From Eledone cirrhosa (Eukaryota): 64,000 bases of DNA. Below the pieces are notes generated by a model, which was not told where the DNA came from, did not search any database, and saw only the letters and a list, made by a program, of their open reading frames with translations. Made by a program: the position numbers and the translations under genes. Position 1 is the first letter of the stretch. Each line of letters begins with the position of its first letter. Of the stretch, positions 13,856-27,602 are shown one piece after another. Where the stretch lies: positions 232,562,001 through 232,626,000 of the forward strand of contig OZ024743.1 of the NCBI GenBank assembly GCA_964016885.1, read 5' to 3'.

Positions 13856-16800
13856 ATGACCCTCCCAAAGTATAACAATATCGGTTTCAACACACGATTT
13901 CAGATAAAGAATCTTGCTAAACAAATTCAGAAACGAAATATCGTAAGCCTTAGCCAGGCTAACAAGATACTGAAAACCACCATGTTCTGTTGTCTACGAA
14001 AAACCATAACATCTCGACAACTACACTTCATAAAAGAATGTGCCTCGTCCCGAATTTACACCAACACCATCAACACCGACGTAAGAATATCACCAAAAAG
14101 CAAGCAGATAGGCTAAAACGAACACTAATTCTAAACATAAAAAAGATATATAGAGAATTAAGTCCTCAAGAAAAACATAAGCGTACACCTAATACAAGAA
14201 ATAGCTAGGATCACCACGCCAAGAGAGAAACTAATATTTATAAGCTTTATACGTCCTGAAGAACAGTACATTGCTCAAGAATGTGATAAGCACTTTAACA
14301 AGAAATTAAAGTGGCTTAAGCAGATAAAACTAAATGAGTATACTGTAGAGAATACCAATAGATATCCCGACAAAATTGACGGTATAAATATGGCCGACAC
14401 CTCATTAACAGATGAGTTCAACAACAACAACAACACAAATATATACGGCCACACCGCAATAGACCCTGATGAATTATCTGTATTACTTCTACCACCGAAA
14501 TTTGCGACATTCAAGAAGGTAAATATGATTAGTTGTCTGTCAGAAATAGAAAAATCATTTACAAAATTACGTTGGAGCCTCAAAAACAAAAACATAAACA
14601 AAAGTAACAACATACGCACACACATATACAACACACATCCCAACAACAACAGACACACAGACACAAACAACAATAACAACAACACACACACCAACAATAA
14701 TAACATACCCAGAAACAACAACAACAGACATGCGGACACAAACAACAATAACAACACACACAACAATAATAACACACACGGAGACAACAACAACACACAG
14801 CAACAACAGCACACATCAACAACAACAACACACACACATTCAATGCCTCTCACCACCACCACAATCTTAACAAACACACAGACACAGAAAACAAGTAATG
14901 ACAGTAGCACAGAAATCACAGATATAAGGGAAAGTAATAGGATTAAAAGGAGAAGGGAGACTATGGACAAAGAAAATAACCAAGACAAACACACAGACAC
15001 ACAAAATAGAGTAGATAATAATAATGAACCAGTGGAAAGAGACAGGAGTAATAATGAGAGACATAGAAACAACCATGAGGCTGTTGGTGGAAATAGAAAT
15101 AGAAACAACCATGAGGCTGTTGGTGGAAATAGAAATAGAAACAACACAACTAACAATAACAATAGCACTAGTACACATAAAGCAGCAGCCTGGAACTCTA
15201 CTTTTTATAATCCCTCCGATAAGTCGTTCGACCTGCGACGAGTCCACGCCACGACTTTACCATTTAACAAACGTACGCAATTGCCGTCGCAGGTCGATGA
15301 ACAAACAGAAGCACAATTTAGTATAGCTAGATCCGAACTTAGAAATATTATAGAACAGTATAGCAAGAAGCATAATAGAATGGAGAACCAGCAACTGGGA
15401 GAAAAATCTGGAAATGGCTTGCGTAAGCTCATGCAGCGCTCGCGTAATGGAGAGATAGCATGCTTTCCAACAGACAAGTCTGGCAGAATGTCGGTTGACA
15501 GCCTGACAAACTACATCCAGGCAATGCAACCCCACATCACTAACACAAGAGAGGTAACACCACAGGAGCATGAGGATAGAGAAATAGCCCTACATGTCCA
15601 TATGGTGATGTGGACGAATATAATGCAGCCCAACAAAAGGACTGCCAACAACTTCCAGGCCTGGAACAATGACGTGCCGGCGTTGTATGGGCTTCGAAAA
15701 GACCATAAAACGGGCAGTGACCCTGTCACGGGACCACCAACACGGCCAGTCTGTGGGGCTAACATTGCTAGTAACTACAGACTGTCCTACTTCCTCTCCC
15801 TGATCATCGCCCTATCATTTAAATGTCCCCAGATGTATGTGACAGCACGGAGGACCTCCTCAGCAGAATCGGTGAGAGTAACCGATCTAGGGACCTAACA
15901 AACTGCATAATAGGTAGTATGGATGTTGTGTCCCTGTATCCATCTATTGAGGTGGATTTTGCTGTGGAGAAATGCGTAGAAATGATCAGTGAGAGCAATG
16001 TTGAGTTCCGTGGGATTGATACCAGTGAGCTGGGACTCCTACTTAAACTTACCTATAGTAATAATTACCTAGACACATATGACCTCAGCAACCTGTGCCC
16101 TACAAGACCAGCAAGAGGCAGACCACCTACCATTACCTCAATAGGCAAGAAAACCCACACAGATAGATGGAACGGGTGAAAGAGAGCCATACGGACACCC
16201 GAAAACCACGATGAACTGAAGAAAATGATTGCACATGCGGTAGGGGCCAGCATAAAACTAACCCTTAAGGAACATATGTTCAAATTTAATGGAAAAACAT
16301 ATGCCCAAGAGGAAGGAGCAGCCATTGGTGTTAGCATTGCAGGCAACATAGATAACTTATTCATGGTATGGTGGGACAGTAGACTTAAACTTAAACTTAA
16401 AGAACAATTAGAAGACCCCTTAACCCTGATAATGTACTCCCGCTACGTTGATGATATAAACATCGTAGTTAAGACACCCCCACTAGAGAACAGTCAGGAA
16501 CTAGAGAAAAACACAATGGAAAGCATCCAGCAAATAGCTAACTCCATCCACCAGAGTATTAGAGTTACTATAGACTACCCAAGTAAACACCCCAACCATC
16601 GATTACCTGCACTAGACACAGAGCTCTGGTTAGATACCATTAATAACAAAAAACAAATCCTCCATTCCCATTATGCCAAACCCATGACTTCCAAACATCT
16701 GATCCACCGAAACTCGGCCGTTTCGGACCATACCAAAATCAACATACTGATTGCGGATTTGGTACGGGTGATGAGAAACGTGTCCCGCATGTGCAACCCC

Positions 16801-17480
16801 GAAGAATTAGAGAGACACATACAACACTTCATCCACCGTATGCAGTTCTCTGGTTACAATCAGAGAGATAAAATCAGCGTGTATAGAGGAGCCAGAACCA
16901 AATGGGAAAAAATGGTAAATAATGACACAAATGGGACCTTCCTTTGTACAGGAGCAAATTTTGGAATAGAATAGAAAGAACTAGGAATAAGGCTAATAGA
17001 ATAAACTCATGGTATGATAGCAATAAATACCAGAGTGTAATGTTCATCGATACAACCCCTAGAAGTGAATTAGCTTACAAATTTAGAAGGGCCCTAGATA
17101 AACATAAACTCAATATTAAGATAGTAGAAAGACCAGGTACCTCCGTAAAAACACTTATTAGTAAAACTAGAAATGTAGTGTATAGCATAAGATGTACTGA
17201 AGGACAATGTAGAGACAAAAATATAGTGTACATAGGTGAGACAGCTCGTAGTGTAGGGGAACGGATAAATGAACACTAGCGAGACCTTCAAGAGAGTAAA
17301 GAATCATCTGTACTCTACTAACATGCTAAAATAGAACATATGGGTAAATTAGAGAACATAGAAATAAAAATAGAATCTACACACAGAAAAGATGCAATGT
17401 TTAGACAAATCACAGAGGCAATAAACATAAAAGAATTACAACCAATTTAAATAGAAAATATGAGTGGAACAGCAACATCA
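13856..17480 (+). pseudogene. PLE RT-GIY-YIG polyprotein, disrupted by several stops and frameshifts
   Basis: Starts MTLPKYNN. Motifs PTDKSGR, LYGLRKDHK..PPTRPVCGA, SMDVVSLYPSI, QEEGAAIG, RYVDDI and NVVYSIRC..YIGETARS. Asn/Thr/His-rich insert at ~14580-15170. Confidence 0.92.
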
Positions 17481-17695
17481 CAACTTACAATTAAGGACAA
17501 AATAAAAACACACACGCACATAGAACAAACAACCAACCGGTAACATGTAAATAAACAAATAAATAAACGAATATAAACACACACAGACACCCGGATGTGG
17601 CGCATGCGCAGACTGAGCACACAACACACACACAGAAACAAAATGGCGTAGGACAGAACAAAGGAGAGGCACAAAAACAAAGAAAAGAATCCCCA

Positions 17696-17738
17696 GTCAC
17701 TGAAGAGGTCACAGAATGTGTGACGAAAGAACTTTGAC
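17696..17738 (+). ncRNA. Minimal hammerhead, 3' pLTR of family A
   Basis: Identical to 13701-13743. Confidence 0.85.
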
Positions 17739-17868
17739 AATATATAAACAACCATCTGGTTGTGGAACCAACCAACCAACCGGAAATTTATAAATTTATT
17801 ATAATAAATTGAAGTGAAAGCAACTGGTGCGTGTGTTTCTTATTGGCAACATGACCCTCCCAAAGTAT

Positions 17869-17939
<71 letters not shown>

Positions 17940-17944
<5 letters not shown>

Positions 17945-18490
17945 ATGCACAGTGGAATCAGACAACCAGAAATGGTATTACATCGGAGCGACTGGGAATA
18001 CATTTAAAGCACGTTGGTATACACACCGTTACGCGATGAAACATTCCCAGCACCGTTATGTAACTATCCTTGCAACTAAGACCTGGCAACTGAGGGAAAG
18101 TAACCATCAATACACCCTGAAGTGGAAAAAATTATCGAACGCGCCGCCATATCGGAGTGGTATGGGAAGCTGTCGATTATGCGACCTTGAGCTGTTCCAC
18201 ATCTTAAGTTCGAAGAATAGGTTACTCAACAATAAAATCGAGAGATCAATTTATTGTAACCATAGACTCAAAGAGAAGCTTTCGCACTACAAATCGAACC
18301 TTTAACCTCTTACTACCAACTGATAAACTGCATATACTTAGACTTTATACCCTCTTATATCTAAACCCTTTAATTACCCACAAAACCAATACATATATCC
18401 CCCTCTTCTCCCTCATTCCGCTTCTATTTCTTCGTTTTCTTCCTTCCTTCCCTTTCCTTCTTGGCTATCTTTTCTTTTCTTCTTTCTCAC
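17940..18490 (+). mobile_element. 5'-truncated PLE: GIY-YIG C-terminus (17940-18305) plus 3' UTR
   Basis: YYIGATGNTFKARWYTH..CRLCDLE..CNHR. Starts directly at (TA)n. Confidence 0.9.
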
Positions 18491-18585
18491 TCCCGTTGAA
18501 AACAGAAAAGGTCATAGAAGTGAAGAGTGCTCTATGTAAGTATCAGAGCAAAATTTAATGTATAAAAATCAATACAATATAATTA

Positions 18586-18655
18586 ACTCATTACCAGAGG
18601 TTTCCCGAATGAGGCGAATACGAAAGAAACGTCTTCATTCGTTCGTCAGACGAGG
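18586..18655 (-). ncRNA. Hammerhead, family B
   Basis: Reverse complement of 23390-23459 with one stem I substitution. Confidence 0.8.
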
Positions 18656-19119
18656 CAATATAAAACATGGGTAAATACTTGGAAAGTCTCATCAAGAAAA
18701 GCAAAAAAAATAAAAAAGATATAGACAAATGAATTAGAATATGAAATATATAATAATCTTTCAAGAAATATAGTTAGGTGTGTGTATATGTATGTATATA
18801 CGCTCACAGATGTGCATATATGTGTATGCACATATGTATACGTATAGTGAAAAAGTGTGCGTAAATATATAATTTAGGGCAAATGTATCTGTATGTCTGT
18901 AATCTACAGACAGAGTAGATACATCATAAGAATATGAAGGCACGCGCATAAGCACACCTACACACACGTACACTTAGATGCGGAAGTAAAAGAGGTAGGG
19001 GAGTGTAATAATTAAAGGAAAGTATCAATCTCGATATATTTATAAAAATGGAACAATAATTTAGAAAGAAAAAATTAAAGAAAATTAGACCTAGTTAAAG
19101 AGAATTAGACCTAGTTAAC

Positions 19120-21005
19120 CTAATCAACAATATCAATTTTCGTAAGTACTCTAACCCTTTTTAATCTAAACTATCTAATGATATTTCAACTTTCAAATCT
19201 TCTAATAATAAGTTCATCTTCTCCGATAAAACTAAAACCCTATATGAAGTTAATAATAATTTACACGACCAACTATTAATAGATAATATCACCTCTAAAT
19301 ACCAAATAGCTAATATAAATACGTACCATAATATAAATAAGGAAGCTAAAGAATTAGCTGTTTCTTTAAAAATAGATAATAGGACAGAAAAACTTGCTAA
19401 ACGTTCAGCGTACATCACCCTTAAAGATCATAAACCCGACTTTATTAATCGTCCTAGTTGTAGATTAATCAACCCTGCTAAGACTGATATTGGTCTTGCC
19501 AGCAAAAAAATTTTAAATAAATGAAATACACACATTAGAAGTAAGTCTAAATTACTCCAATGGATAAATAGCTCTTCCGTAGTACATTGGTTTAATAATA
19601 TTAAAAACAAAAATAGTTCTAGATTCACCCAATTTGACATTGTAGATTTCTACCCATCTATCACTCAGACCCTTTTAGCGAAAGCTTTAAATTTCGCTAG
19701 AGGGTTTACTAATATCTCCAATATTGAAGAGAATGTCATCTTGCACGCTAGAAACACTCTACTTTTTAATGATAATGACACTTGGGTAAAAATGTCTAAC
19801 CCAGAGAACCCATTCGATGTCTCAATGGGCTCTTACGACAGTGCTGATGTTTGTGATCTGGTCGGCCTATTCCTCCTACATACACTTAAAGAAAAATTTC
19901 ATAACCATATTTTTGGGCTTTATCGCGACGATGGTCTAATAGTTTCCCATACTACCATAGGCCATAACTTAGATAGATTAAGGAAAGACTTAATAAAAAT
20001 CCTCGCTAGTTTTAATCTTAAAATTACTATTGACACTAACCTTTCCAATGTAGATTTCCTAGATATAAACCTAGATTTGCCTACTGCTTCTTATAAACCA
20101 TACCATAAACCTAAAGAAAACTTAAAATATATAAATAAAGGCTCTTGCCATCCACCTATAGTTTTTAAAAACCTTATCCCTAATATTAGCCGTAGGATCT
20201 CCACCCTCTCTTCCTCAGAAGCTATTTTTAATAAGGCATCCCCCTACTATAATAAAGCCCTCCAAAATAGCGGTTTTAGCGAACCGATTAAATACATACC
20301 CATCTATACTAACTCTATTAAACATAAAAACAGGAAAAGAAAAATAATCTGGTTCACACCCCCTACTCTCTAGCAGTTAAAACTAATGTAGGCAAAAAAT
20401 TCCTAGAGCTCCTAGATTATCATTTCCCTAGAACACATAGATACTATAAGATCTTTAACAGAAACTGTGTCAAAATTAGCTATTCCTGCGGTCCCCCTAT
20501 TAAGTCCTATATCATTAACAAAATATCACCTAGAGAAAATCAAACTTGCTCCTGTAGAATCAAAAGTGAATGCCCATTACAAGGTAAATGCAACACCAAA
20601 GCCATTGTATATGCGGCTAAAGTGACAACCATCAGCAACAACCATCCAGCCACCAATGAACGATATGTGGGTATGACGCAAGATAAATTCAAAACGCGTT
20701 ATTACTCACATGTCGCATGCTTTCGACATCCAGAAAAAAGATTTACAACAGCTCTGACTAGCAGAATTTGGGATTTGAAAGACCAAGGCATCCAATATAA
20801 ATTAGATTGGTCAATTTTGAACCAATCTAAAGAATATGCTAGAGGAACAAGAAAATGCACGCTCTGCATAAATGAAAAATATTGGATATTGCAAAATCTA
20901 AAATCACCAAAGACCTGCCTGAACACAAAGACGGAAATGTTCACTAGTTGCCCACACATGAAATCACACCTGCTTTCCAGCTCATATAAACTTAACACAC
21001 TTTAG
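19120..21005 (+). pseudogene. PLE RT-GIY-YIG (Nematis-like), 5'-truncated, with one TGA and one frameshift
   Basis: Motifs [71 protein letters not shown] and CTLCINEK. TGA at 19522; frameshift at ~20360. Confidence 0.93.
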
Positions 21006-21435
21006 GATACTTATCCTCCATAAACTCTTATTATTCTCTTTTTAATTACCCTTTCTGATTAACTTTCATTTTTATCCTTATCATTAATTTCATTTATTTT
21101 TATTTATATTTTTTTATTTTTACTTTACATCCACCAATAAACCCCCCCCCCCTTTATTCTCCGATTCACTTACCTAATATTTTCACTTTCCATTTTTTAC
21201 TTCCCTATTTCCTTCACTAACTGATTACATATGTCATTTGTGTTTCCACTCCAGATATATTTATCATTTTTATTTTTATTTTTTTACTTTTGCGCAGCCA
21301 ATCTTACAATTTTATATTTGTACTTACTTATCCACAAGTTTTTTACACCCTGTATCAATGTGGCTGAACGCCTTAATGTGTGTATACTTTCTATATATGT
21401 ACATGAGCGACTACGTACGTGCGCGCGCGTGCGTG

Positions 21436-21467
<32 letters not shown>

Positions 21468-21603
21468 CGTATGTGTATGTGTCTTTATATCCGTGTTTTT
21501 ACATCTAGATTTTATGTTTTGTTCCTTTTTTCTTCTCCCCCCTTTTTTTACTTACTCATTTTTATGCGTGTGCATGCAAACAGGTCAATATGCGTGAGTG
21601 TAA

Positions 21604-21640
<37 letters not shown>

Positions 21641-23389
21641 TATCGAACGTATGGATGTGTAAGTGTGCGTGTGTATATAAGCATGTATATTTTTGCGTTT
21701 CTTTTGTGAGATATACGTGTGTGTGTATGTATGTACCTTTTTTGTCTTCTTTTCTTTAATTTTTTCTTTCTAAATTATTGTTCCATTTTTATAAATATAT
21801 CGAGATTGATACTTTCCTTTAATTATTACACTCCCCTACCTCTTTTACTTCCGCATCTAAGTGTACGTGTGTGTAGGTGTGCTTATGCGCGTGCCTTCAT
21901 ATTCTTATGATGTATCTATTCTGTCTGTAGATTACAGACATACAGATACATTTATGGTATGGTTTATAAGAAGCAGTAGGCAAATCTAGGTTTATATCTA
22001 GGAAATCTACATTGGAAAGGTTAGTGTCAATAGTAATTTTAAGATTAAAACTAGCGAGGGTTTTTATTAAGTCTTTCCTTAATCTATCTAAGTTGGGAAA
22101 GTATTAGACAATCGTCGCGATAAAGCCCAAAAATATGGTTATGAAATTTTTCTTTAAGTGTATGTAGGAGGAATAGGCCGACCAGATCACAAACATCAGC
22201 ACTGTCGTAAGAGCCCATTGAGACATCGAATGGGTTCTCTGGGTTAGAAATTTTTACCCAAGTGTCATTATCATTAAAAAGTAGAGTGTTTCTAGCGTGC
22301 AAGATGACATTCTCTTCAATATCGGAGATATTAGTAAACCCTCTAGCGAAATTTAAAGCTTTCGCTAAAAGGGTCTGAGTGATAGATGGGTAGAAATCTA
22401 CAATGTCAAATTGGGTGAATCTAGAACTATTTTTGTTTTTAATATTATTAAACCAATGTACTACGGAAGAGCTATTTATCCATTGGAGTAATTTAGACTT
22501 ACTTCTAATGTGTGTATTTCATTTATTTAAATTTTTTTTGCTGGCAAGACCAATATCAGTCTTAGCAGGGTTGATTAATCTACAACTAGGACGATTAATA
22601 AAGTCGGGTTTATGATCTTTAAGGGTGATGTACGCTGAACGTTTAGCAAGTTTTTCTGGCCTATTATCTATTTATAAAGAAACAGCTAATTCTTTAGCTT
22701 CCTTATTTATATTATGGTACGTATTTATATTAGCTATTTGGTATTTAGAGGTGATATTATCTATTAATAGTTGGTCGTGTAAATTATTATTAACTTCATA
22801 TAGGTTTTTAGTTTTATCGGAGAAGATGAACTTATTATTAGAAGATTTGAAAGTTGAAATATCATTAGATAGTTTAGATTGAAAAGGGTTAGAGTACTTA
22901 CGAAAATTGATATTGTTGATTAGGTTAACTAGGTCTAATTCTCTTTAACTAGGTCTAATTTTCTTTAATTTTTTCTTTCTAAATTATTGTTCCATTTTTA
23001 TAAATATATCGAGATTGATACTTTCCTTTAATTATTACACTCCCTTACCTCTTTTACTTCCGCATCTAAGTGTCCGTGTGTGTAGGTGTGCTTATGCGCG
23101 TGCCTTCATATTCTTATGATGTATCTATTCTGTCTGTAGATTACAGACATACAGATACATTTGCCCTCAATTATATATTTACGCACACTTTTTCACTATA
23201 CGTATACATATGTGCATACACATATATGCACATCTGTGAGCGTATATACATACATATACACACACCTAACTATATTTCTTGAAAGATTATTATATATTTC
23301 ATATTCTAATTCATTTGTCTATATCTTTTTTGTTTTTTTTTTGCTTTTCTTGATGAGACTTTCCAAGTATTTACCCATGTTTTATATTG

Positions 23390-23459
23390 CCTCGTCTGAC
23401 GAACGAATGAAGACGTTTCTTTCGTATTCGCCTCATTCGGGAAACCTCTGGTAATGAGG
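23390..23459 (+). ncRNA. Hammerhead, family B, canonical core
   Basis: CCTCGT-CTGACGA-A-CGAATGA..TCATTCG-G-GAAA-CC-TCT-GG-TA-ATGAGG. GUA site. Confidence 0.85.
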
Positions 23460-23485
23460 TAATTATATTATATTGATTTTTATAC

Positions 23486-23546
<61 letters not shown>

Positions 23547-23550
<4 letters not shown>

Positions 23551-24141
23551 TTATATCACCCCCTCTCTCTCTCTCTCTCTCTCTATCCATCCCTCCCACT
23601 ATTATGTATTTAATTCTCTTTAACTCACTACACTCCACGACATGATGTCTGCTATCAAAACTGACCAAAGAATCCTTCCACCTCTACCCCTCCCTCCATC
23701 TCAGTTTGTCATTCTACTTCCTACCTCTTTCCCCTTCCTCTCTCTCTATACTATGCCGTCTGTCCCCTCACCTCCTGATTCCTCTCTCTCTATACTAGTA
23801 AATACAATTCCAAATAAATGTTTTTCTCTATATATTAAGAATTATTTCAAGAGTAACTTACTATTTTGAAAATTTGGACTGTGAACAACAATTATAATTG
23901 AGTGGCTGCTATTTGCAGTATAGCAATATAAGGTTGCACTTACCAATGAAACGGTCGTAAATACCTGGATAAAATCCTTCTCTTAATGCTTACCTGTGTT
24001 TTCTCTTTTATACTTTATACTCCAAGATTGAACGGAATTCTTACCAACTTGTGGAGTTACCCCTAACCGTACGTTGAAACCATCCATGAAACTGGCTTTC
24101 TTAACCAAAAACTGGATCACAATAAGCAACTTTTTGCTTCT

Positions 24142-24148
<7 letters not shown>
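23547..24148 (+). mobile_element. pLTR remnant family C
   Basis: Near-identical to 13118-13580 (inverted). Bounded by (TA)n. Confidence 0.8.
23862..23963 (+). ncRNA. Hammerhead with U3-A8 core and a long branched stem II
   Basis: TATT-TTGAAAA-T-TTGG...CCAA-T-GAAA-CGGTCG-TA-AATA. Confidence 0.65.
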
Positions 24149-24169
<21 letters not shown>

Positions 24170-24179
<10 letters not shown>

Positions 24180-24255
24180 TTACTTTTAATACAATATATA
24201 TATATATCATTACTTTTAATACAATATATATATATATCATTACTTTTAATACAAT
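24170..24255. repeat. 30-bp tandem repeat x3
   Basis: Unit TATATATATCATTACTTTTAATACAATATA. Confidence 0.9.
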
Positions 24256-24435
24256 CCAGGGGGCGTTGGATTGTTCTATATATAACTGCCTTTCAAAGAC
24301 AGGATCTCATAGAGTTTATGGATGGAATTGATTTCTCCAGGTATATGATTACTGAGGGCAGTATGCTAGTATATTTGGTCAGGATTGGTGTAGACAATCA
24401 CACCCCGGACACACATTTAGCTGTCTATATACGTA

Positions 24436-24534
24436 TGTTTTCTGACGAGGATGATTTGTCTCAACTTACTAATTAAACATTTAATTATGGTAATTGTTAT
24501 TTTGTGTTTGTCATCCGAAACCGCGCTCCTAACA
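24436..24534 (+). ncRNA. Hammerhead relic with a long loop II
   Basis: CTGACGA-GGATGA...TCATCC-GAAA-CCGCGC-TC. Stem III is one change away from the palindrome ACCGCGGT. Confidence 0.7.
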
Positions 24535-24714
24535 ATTATAATGTAAATAGAATTGCGTTTGCATTTTAATGTATTTTTGTTTACAATGTTTTGTAATCAA
24601 ATATATTATTATACCTAAATAATTCTTTCAAAACGCAGATTTTTGCCCTTAAGATTCATTAAGGTTTTTATGGTATAAGATTGAGATGATTCATTTTAAT
24701 CTCTCTCTCTTTCC

Positions 24715-24797
<83 letters not shown>

Positions 24798-25610
24798 ATA
24801 TATGGAGCTCACTACCAATACTTTCAAGTGTCGTTTTCTCATTCGTGTCACGAAATGGAAAAATGTTATATCCGGTATAAACTTCGTCTGATATCTTAGT
24901 GGCCTTACTCTCATTATATTCATGTTTACCATTCTTCTGTTTGAGCTTTGCGTTGCCATTATTCAATATTTTACCTTATCGTCTGTATTTATATCATCAT
25001 ATCCACGTTGGTAGATTATCACAGCAATCTCTGCAGGAAAATGTTGTACTCACTCTTTAAGTCTGCAATGTATTCTATAGTTATTGTATTGTACACATAA
25101 TTAACTGCGGATGGTCTAAGTTTTCGCTTTGTTTATGTTAAATTTTCAGTAGTATTTATGATATGGTAAATCCTAAATCAATTAATTACAAAAACGTGCG
25201 ACGTAAAAATAATTTTATTATGGTTACGAGTGTCTCAGAATGATACCCATCCTGTGGATTGAGCTTTAGTTATTCTGAAACATTTGTAACATTGCAGCCT
25301 TTATAAAATCTATGCGGTTTATCTTTTTTTTTTTGTTCATTTCATAAACACAACTGAAAACGCAGCTGTGGTTTATTCGTATTCCTTTTCAAAATATCTT
25401 GTTATCTGCATATTGTTCAGTCTCAAGTGACTCTTGAAAAATTCAAATCAACCACAAATTGCCACGAAAGTTTCCCGTTTCAGTTTCAGAACAAAATTTG
25501 TTCTTAATGGCTATCAAATAAACTTAAAATATTTCTATGACAAGTACCGAACATGAAGTATTAGACTATATGCTAAATCCAGATATTTAATTCTCTTTCC
25601 ATATTTTGTT

Positions 25611-25644
25611 ATGTTGGTTCTATTCTTAGCTAATTCTGTAATAG
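25611..25644 (+). CDS. Candidate first coding exon (signal peptide) of a host mucin-like gene
   Basis: MLVLFLANSVIG followed by a phase-1 donor AG/GTAAAG. The upstream frame SIRLYAKSRYLILFPYFV is one base off an ATG at 25553. Confidence 0.3.
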
Positions 25645-26624
25645 GTAAAGCACAAACTTTAATTTCTGGGGCATTTCGGGGGATTGTTCTTACAGTTGTT
25701 GCTTGTGGACAGAGAGGTTTCCAATATCGATACCTTGCTGTCTATCATCGAATCACCGTAATGATTCAAATTAGCTTTGAATGTTGAACTTTTTCTATTT
25801 TAGTTTTGTAGCACAGACAATAGAATGCACAGTGCACGTTTAGAAGTCATTCTAACAGGGAAAATCAATAAAGATATATTTAAATCAAACATTTTCAAGA
25901 ACACTCCTACCACCTTTATATTCAAAACGAAACAATTTAAACATATTTAACAGGCCTCACTCAACCGCTCTCTTATAATTTGTAAATTTTCCCCTCTTTT
26001 CCTTTATTTATTAATTAACTATTTCCTCCAATATAGTAAAATTTGCATTTAATATCATGTCTAAATTCCAGTAAAAGGCGACTTAGTCGGAAAACGAAGA
26101 GAAAATATTTTGTATTCAATATATCAACGAAAGTAGACTTACTAACGAAAGTCTTAAGTAAATAGATCGAAAACACTTTACTTTAAAACTGTATTTTGTA
26201 AATACAAGTTCATTCATTACTTCAATTTTGAATGTATATTTCATATTTTACCTATTATTGTATCTTAAAAGCGTTACATCTCTATGGAATCGGGAGATAC
26301 AGAAAAGCTATATATGTGTGGAACGTGAAATAAAAAAAACGAATGTTTAGTATGTCCAATCATGATTGTCTTTTTCATTTATATTCTACTGAACTGGAAA
26401 ACGTATCACATTACAAACATAAATGACAGAAAAAATGGAAAACTAAAATTGTATTATTTTACTATAGTCTGTTATAATGTTTTTTTTCGTTAGCAATATA
26501 AAGAAACACTATTTAAATGAGAAGTGCCTATTAATATATAAATATAAATATATATATAGAATACACAAGAATCAAAGCTATGTTAGAACATTTAATTACT
26601 GACAATTGTTTCTTCCAAGCCTAG

Positions 26625-26831
26625 GCTGGCATCTTCGGAGCATTATTAATAATGTTTGTACATATAATCAGCCTCCTATTCCGCTGAAGAATCTTACAGA
26701 TACATATTGTGGACAACAGTGTGGGATGGATGCGACATATATTATGTTTTACTATAATTGTACAATAAGATTCAAAATTAAAATTAAAGCTTTTGGTGGA
26801 ACACATGTGACTGATAATACAAGAGCGTCTA
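26625..26831 (+). CDS. Candidate exon encoding a PAN/apple-like Cys module
   Basis: Branch point TACTGAC, pyrimidine tract and AG acceptor. 207-nt phase 1-1 open frame WHLRSIINNVC..TYCGQQCGMDATYIMFYYNC. Donor GTAAAT. Confidence 0.4.
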
Positions 26832-27602
26832 GTAAATAAATAAAATTAAAGAGACAGTACGTGTGTTAGTCATATATAAAGCAATTGAACAAGCAAAAGT
26901 ATCAAGCATATATGAATGCTGGGTGTTGCATACAAAATACAAGCACTTAAAGCGGGTGTGATATTATATTATGGTGGTTGCAGTGCAGAGATATTTTCTG
27001 TGTAGATCAAATATATGCGTGTGTAGAATAAGAAAGTTCCAGGTTTCACATCCATTACATTTGTCACGATATATTTGTATTGAGTGTCTGATATAGTAAT
27101 GGCTTGTAAAGTAAAGTAACTTAGTGTTATTTAGTCCGTATCGTATATTACATTCGTAGAGCTGGGAGAATTTACTACTGTTTAATACCCGGAAGTGGGA
27201 ATGAAAATTAAGGGGAGCTAATGCGTAAGGGGAGGTAACTAGCTCGTTATAATAATAATTAAACTCATTGTTCTGAGGGACTTTATATAGTGTTATAATT
27301 GATAAACTATATATTTATATTTAATTTAGTTTAAACCCAGTCTACTCTCTCCTAATACATTAAGATATCATTGTAAAGTTGCCTATCAAGTATTATAAAG
27401 TGCCATAATTGAATTTACCATACAAATTGTTATATATTTATATTAATTTAATCTTGGATACAGTCCACCCTCCCAAAATATATCAAAGGTTTTGCTAGAT
27501 TGCTGTCTACCTGGTATTTGGTAAGCTATGTAATACCGTATGCATGTTTGTATGGTGAAGTAGATATATCTCTAGAGCAAATAAAGACATCCTGTTAATA
27601 AT

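Larger units (their letters stand above)
13590..17876 (+). mobile_element. Near full-length PLE family A with direct pLTRs and an inverted 5' pLTR segment
   Basis: Direct repeats at 13698-13880 and 17693-17876. 13590-13702 is the inverse of ~13828-13940. Contains the RT-EN ORF. (TA)n on both sides. Confidence 0.95.
18491..23488 (+). mobile_element. Complex PLE family B insertion: inverted pLTR, RT-EN, 3' UTR, then an inverted duplication
   Basis: 18557-20108 is repeated in inverted orientation at 21953-23488. HHRs at 18586-18655 (-) and 23390-23459 (+). Confidence 0.93.
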
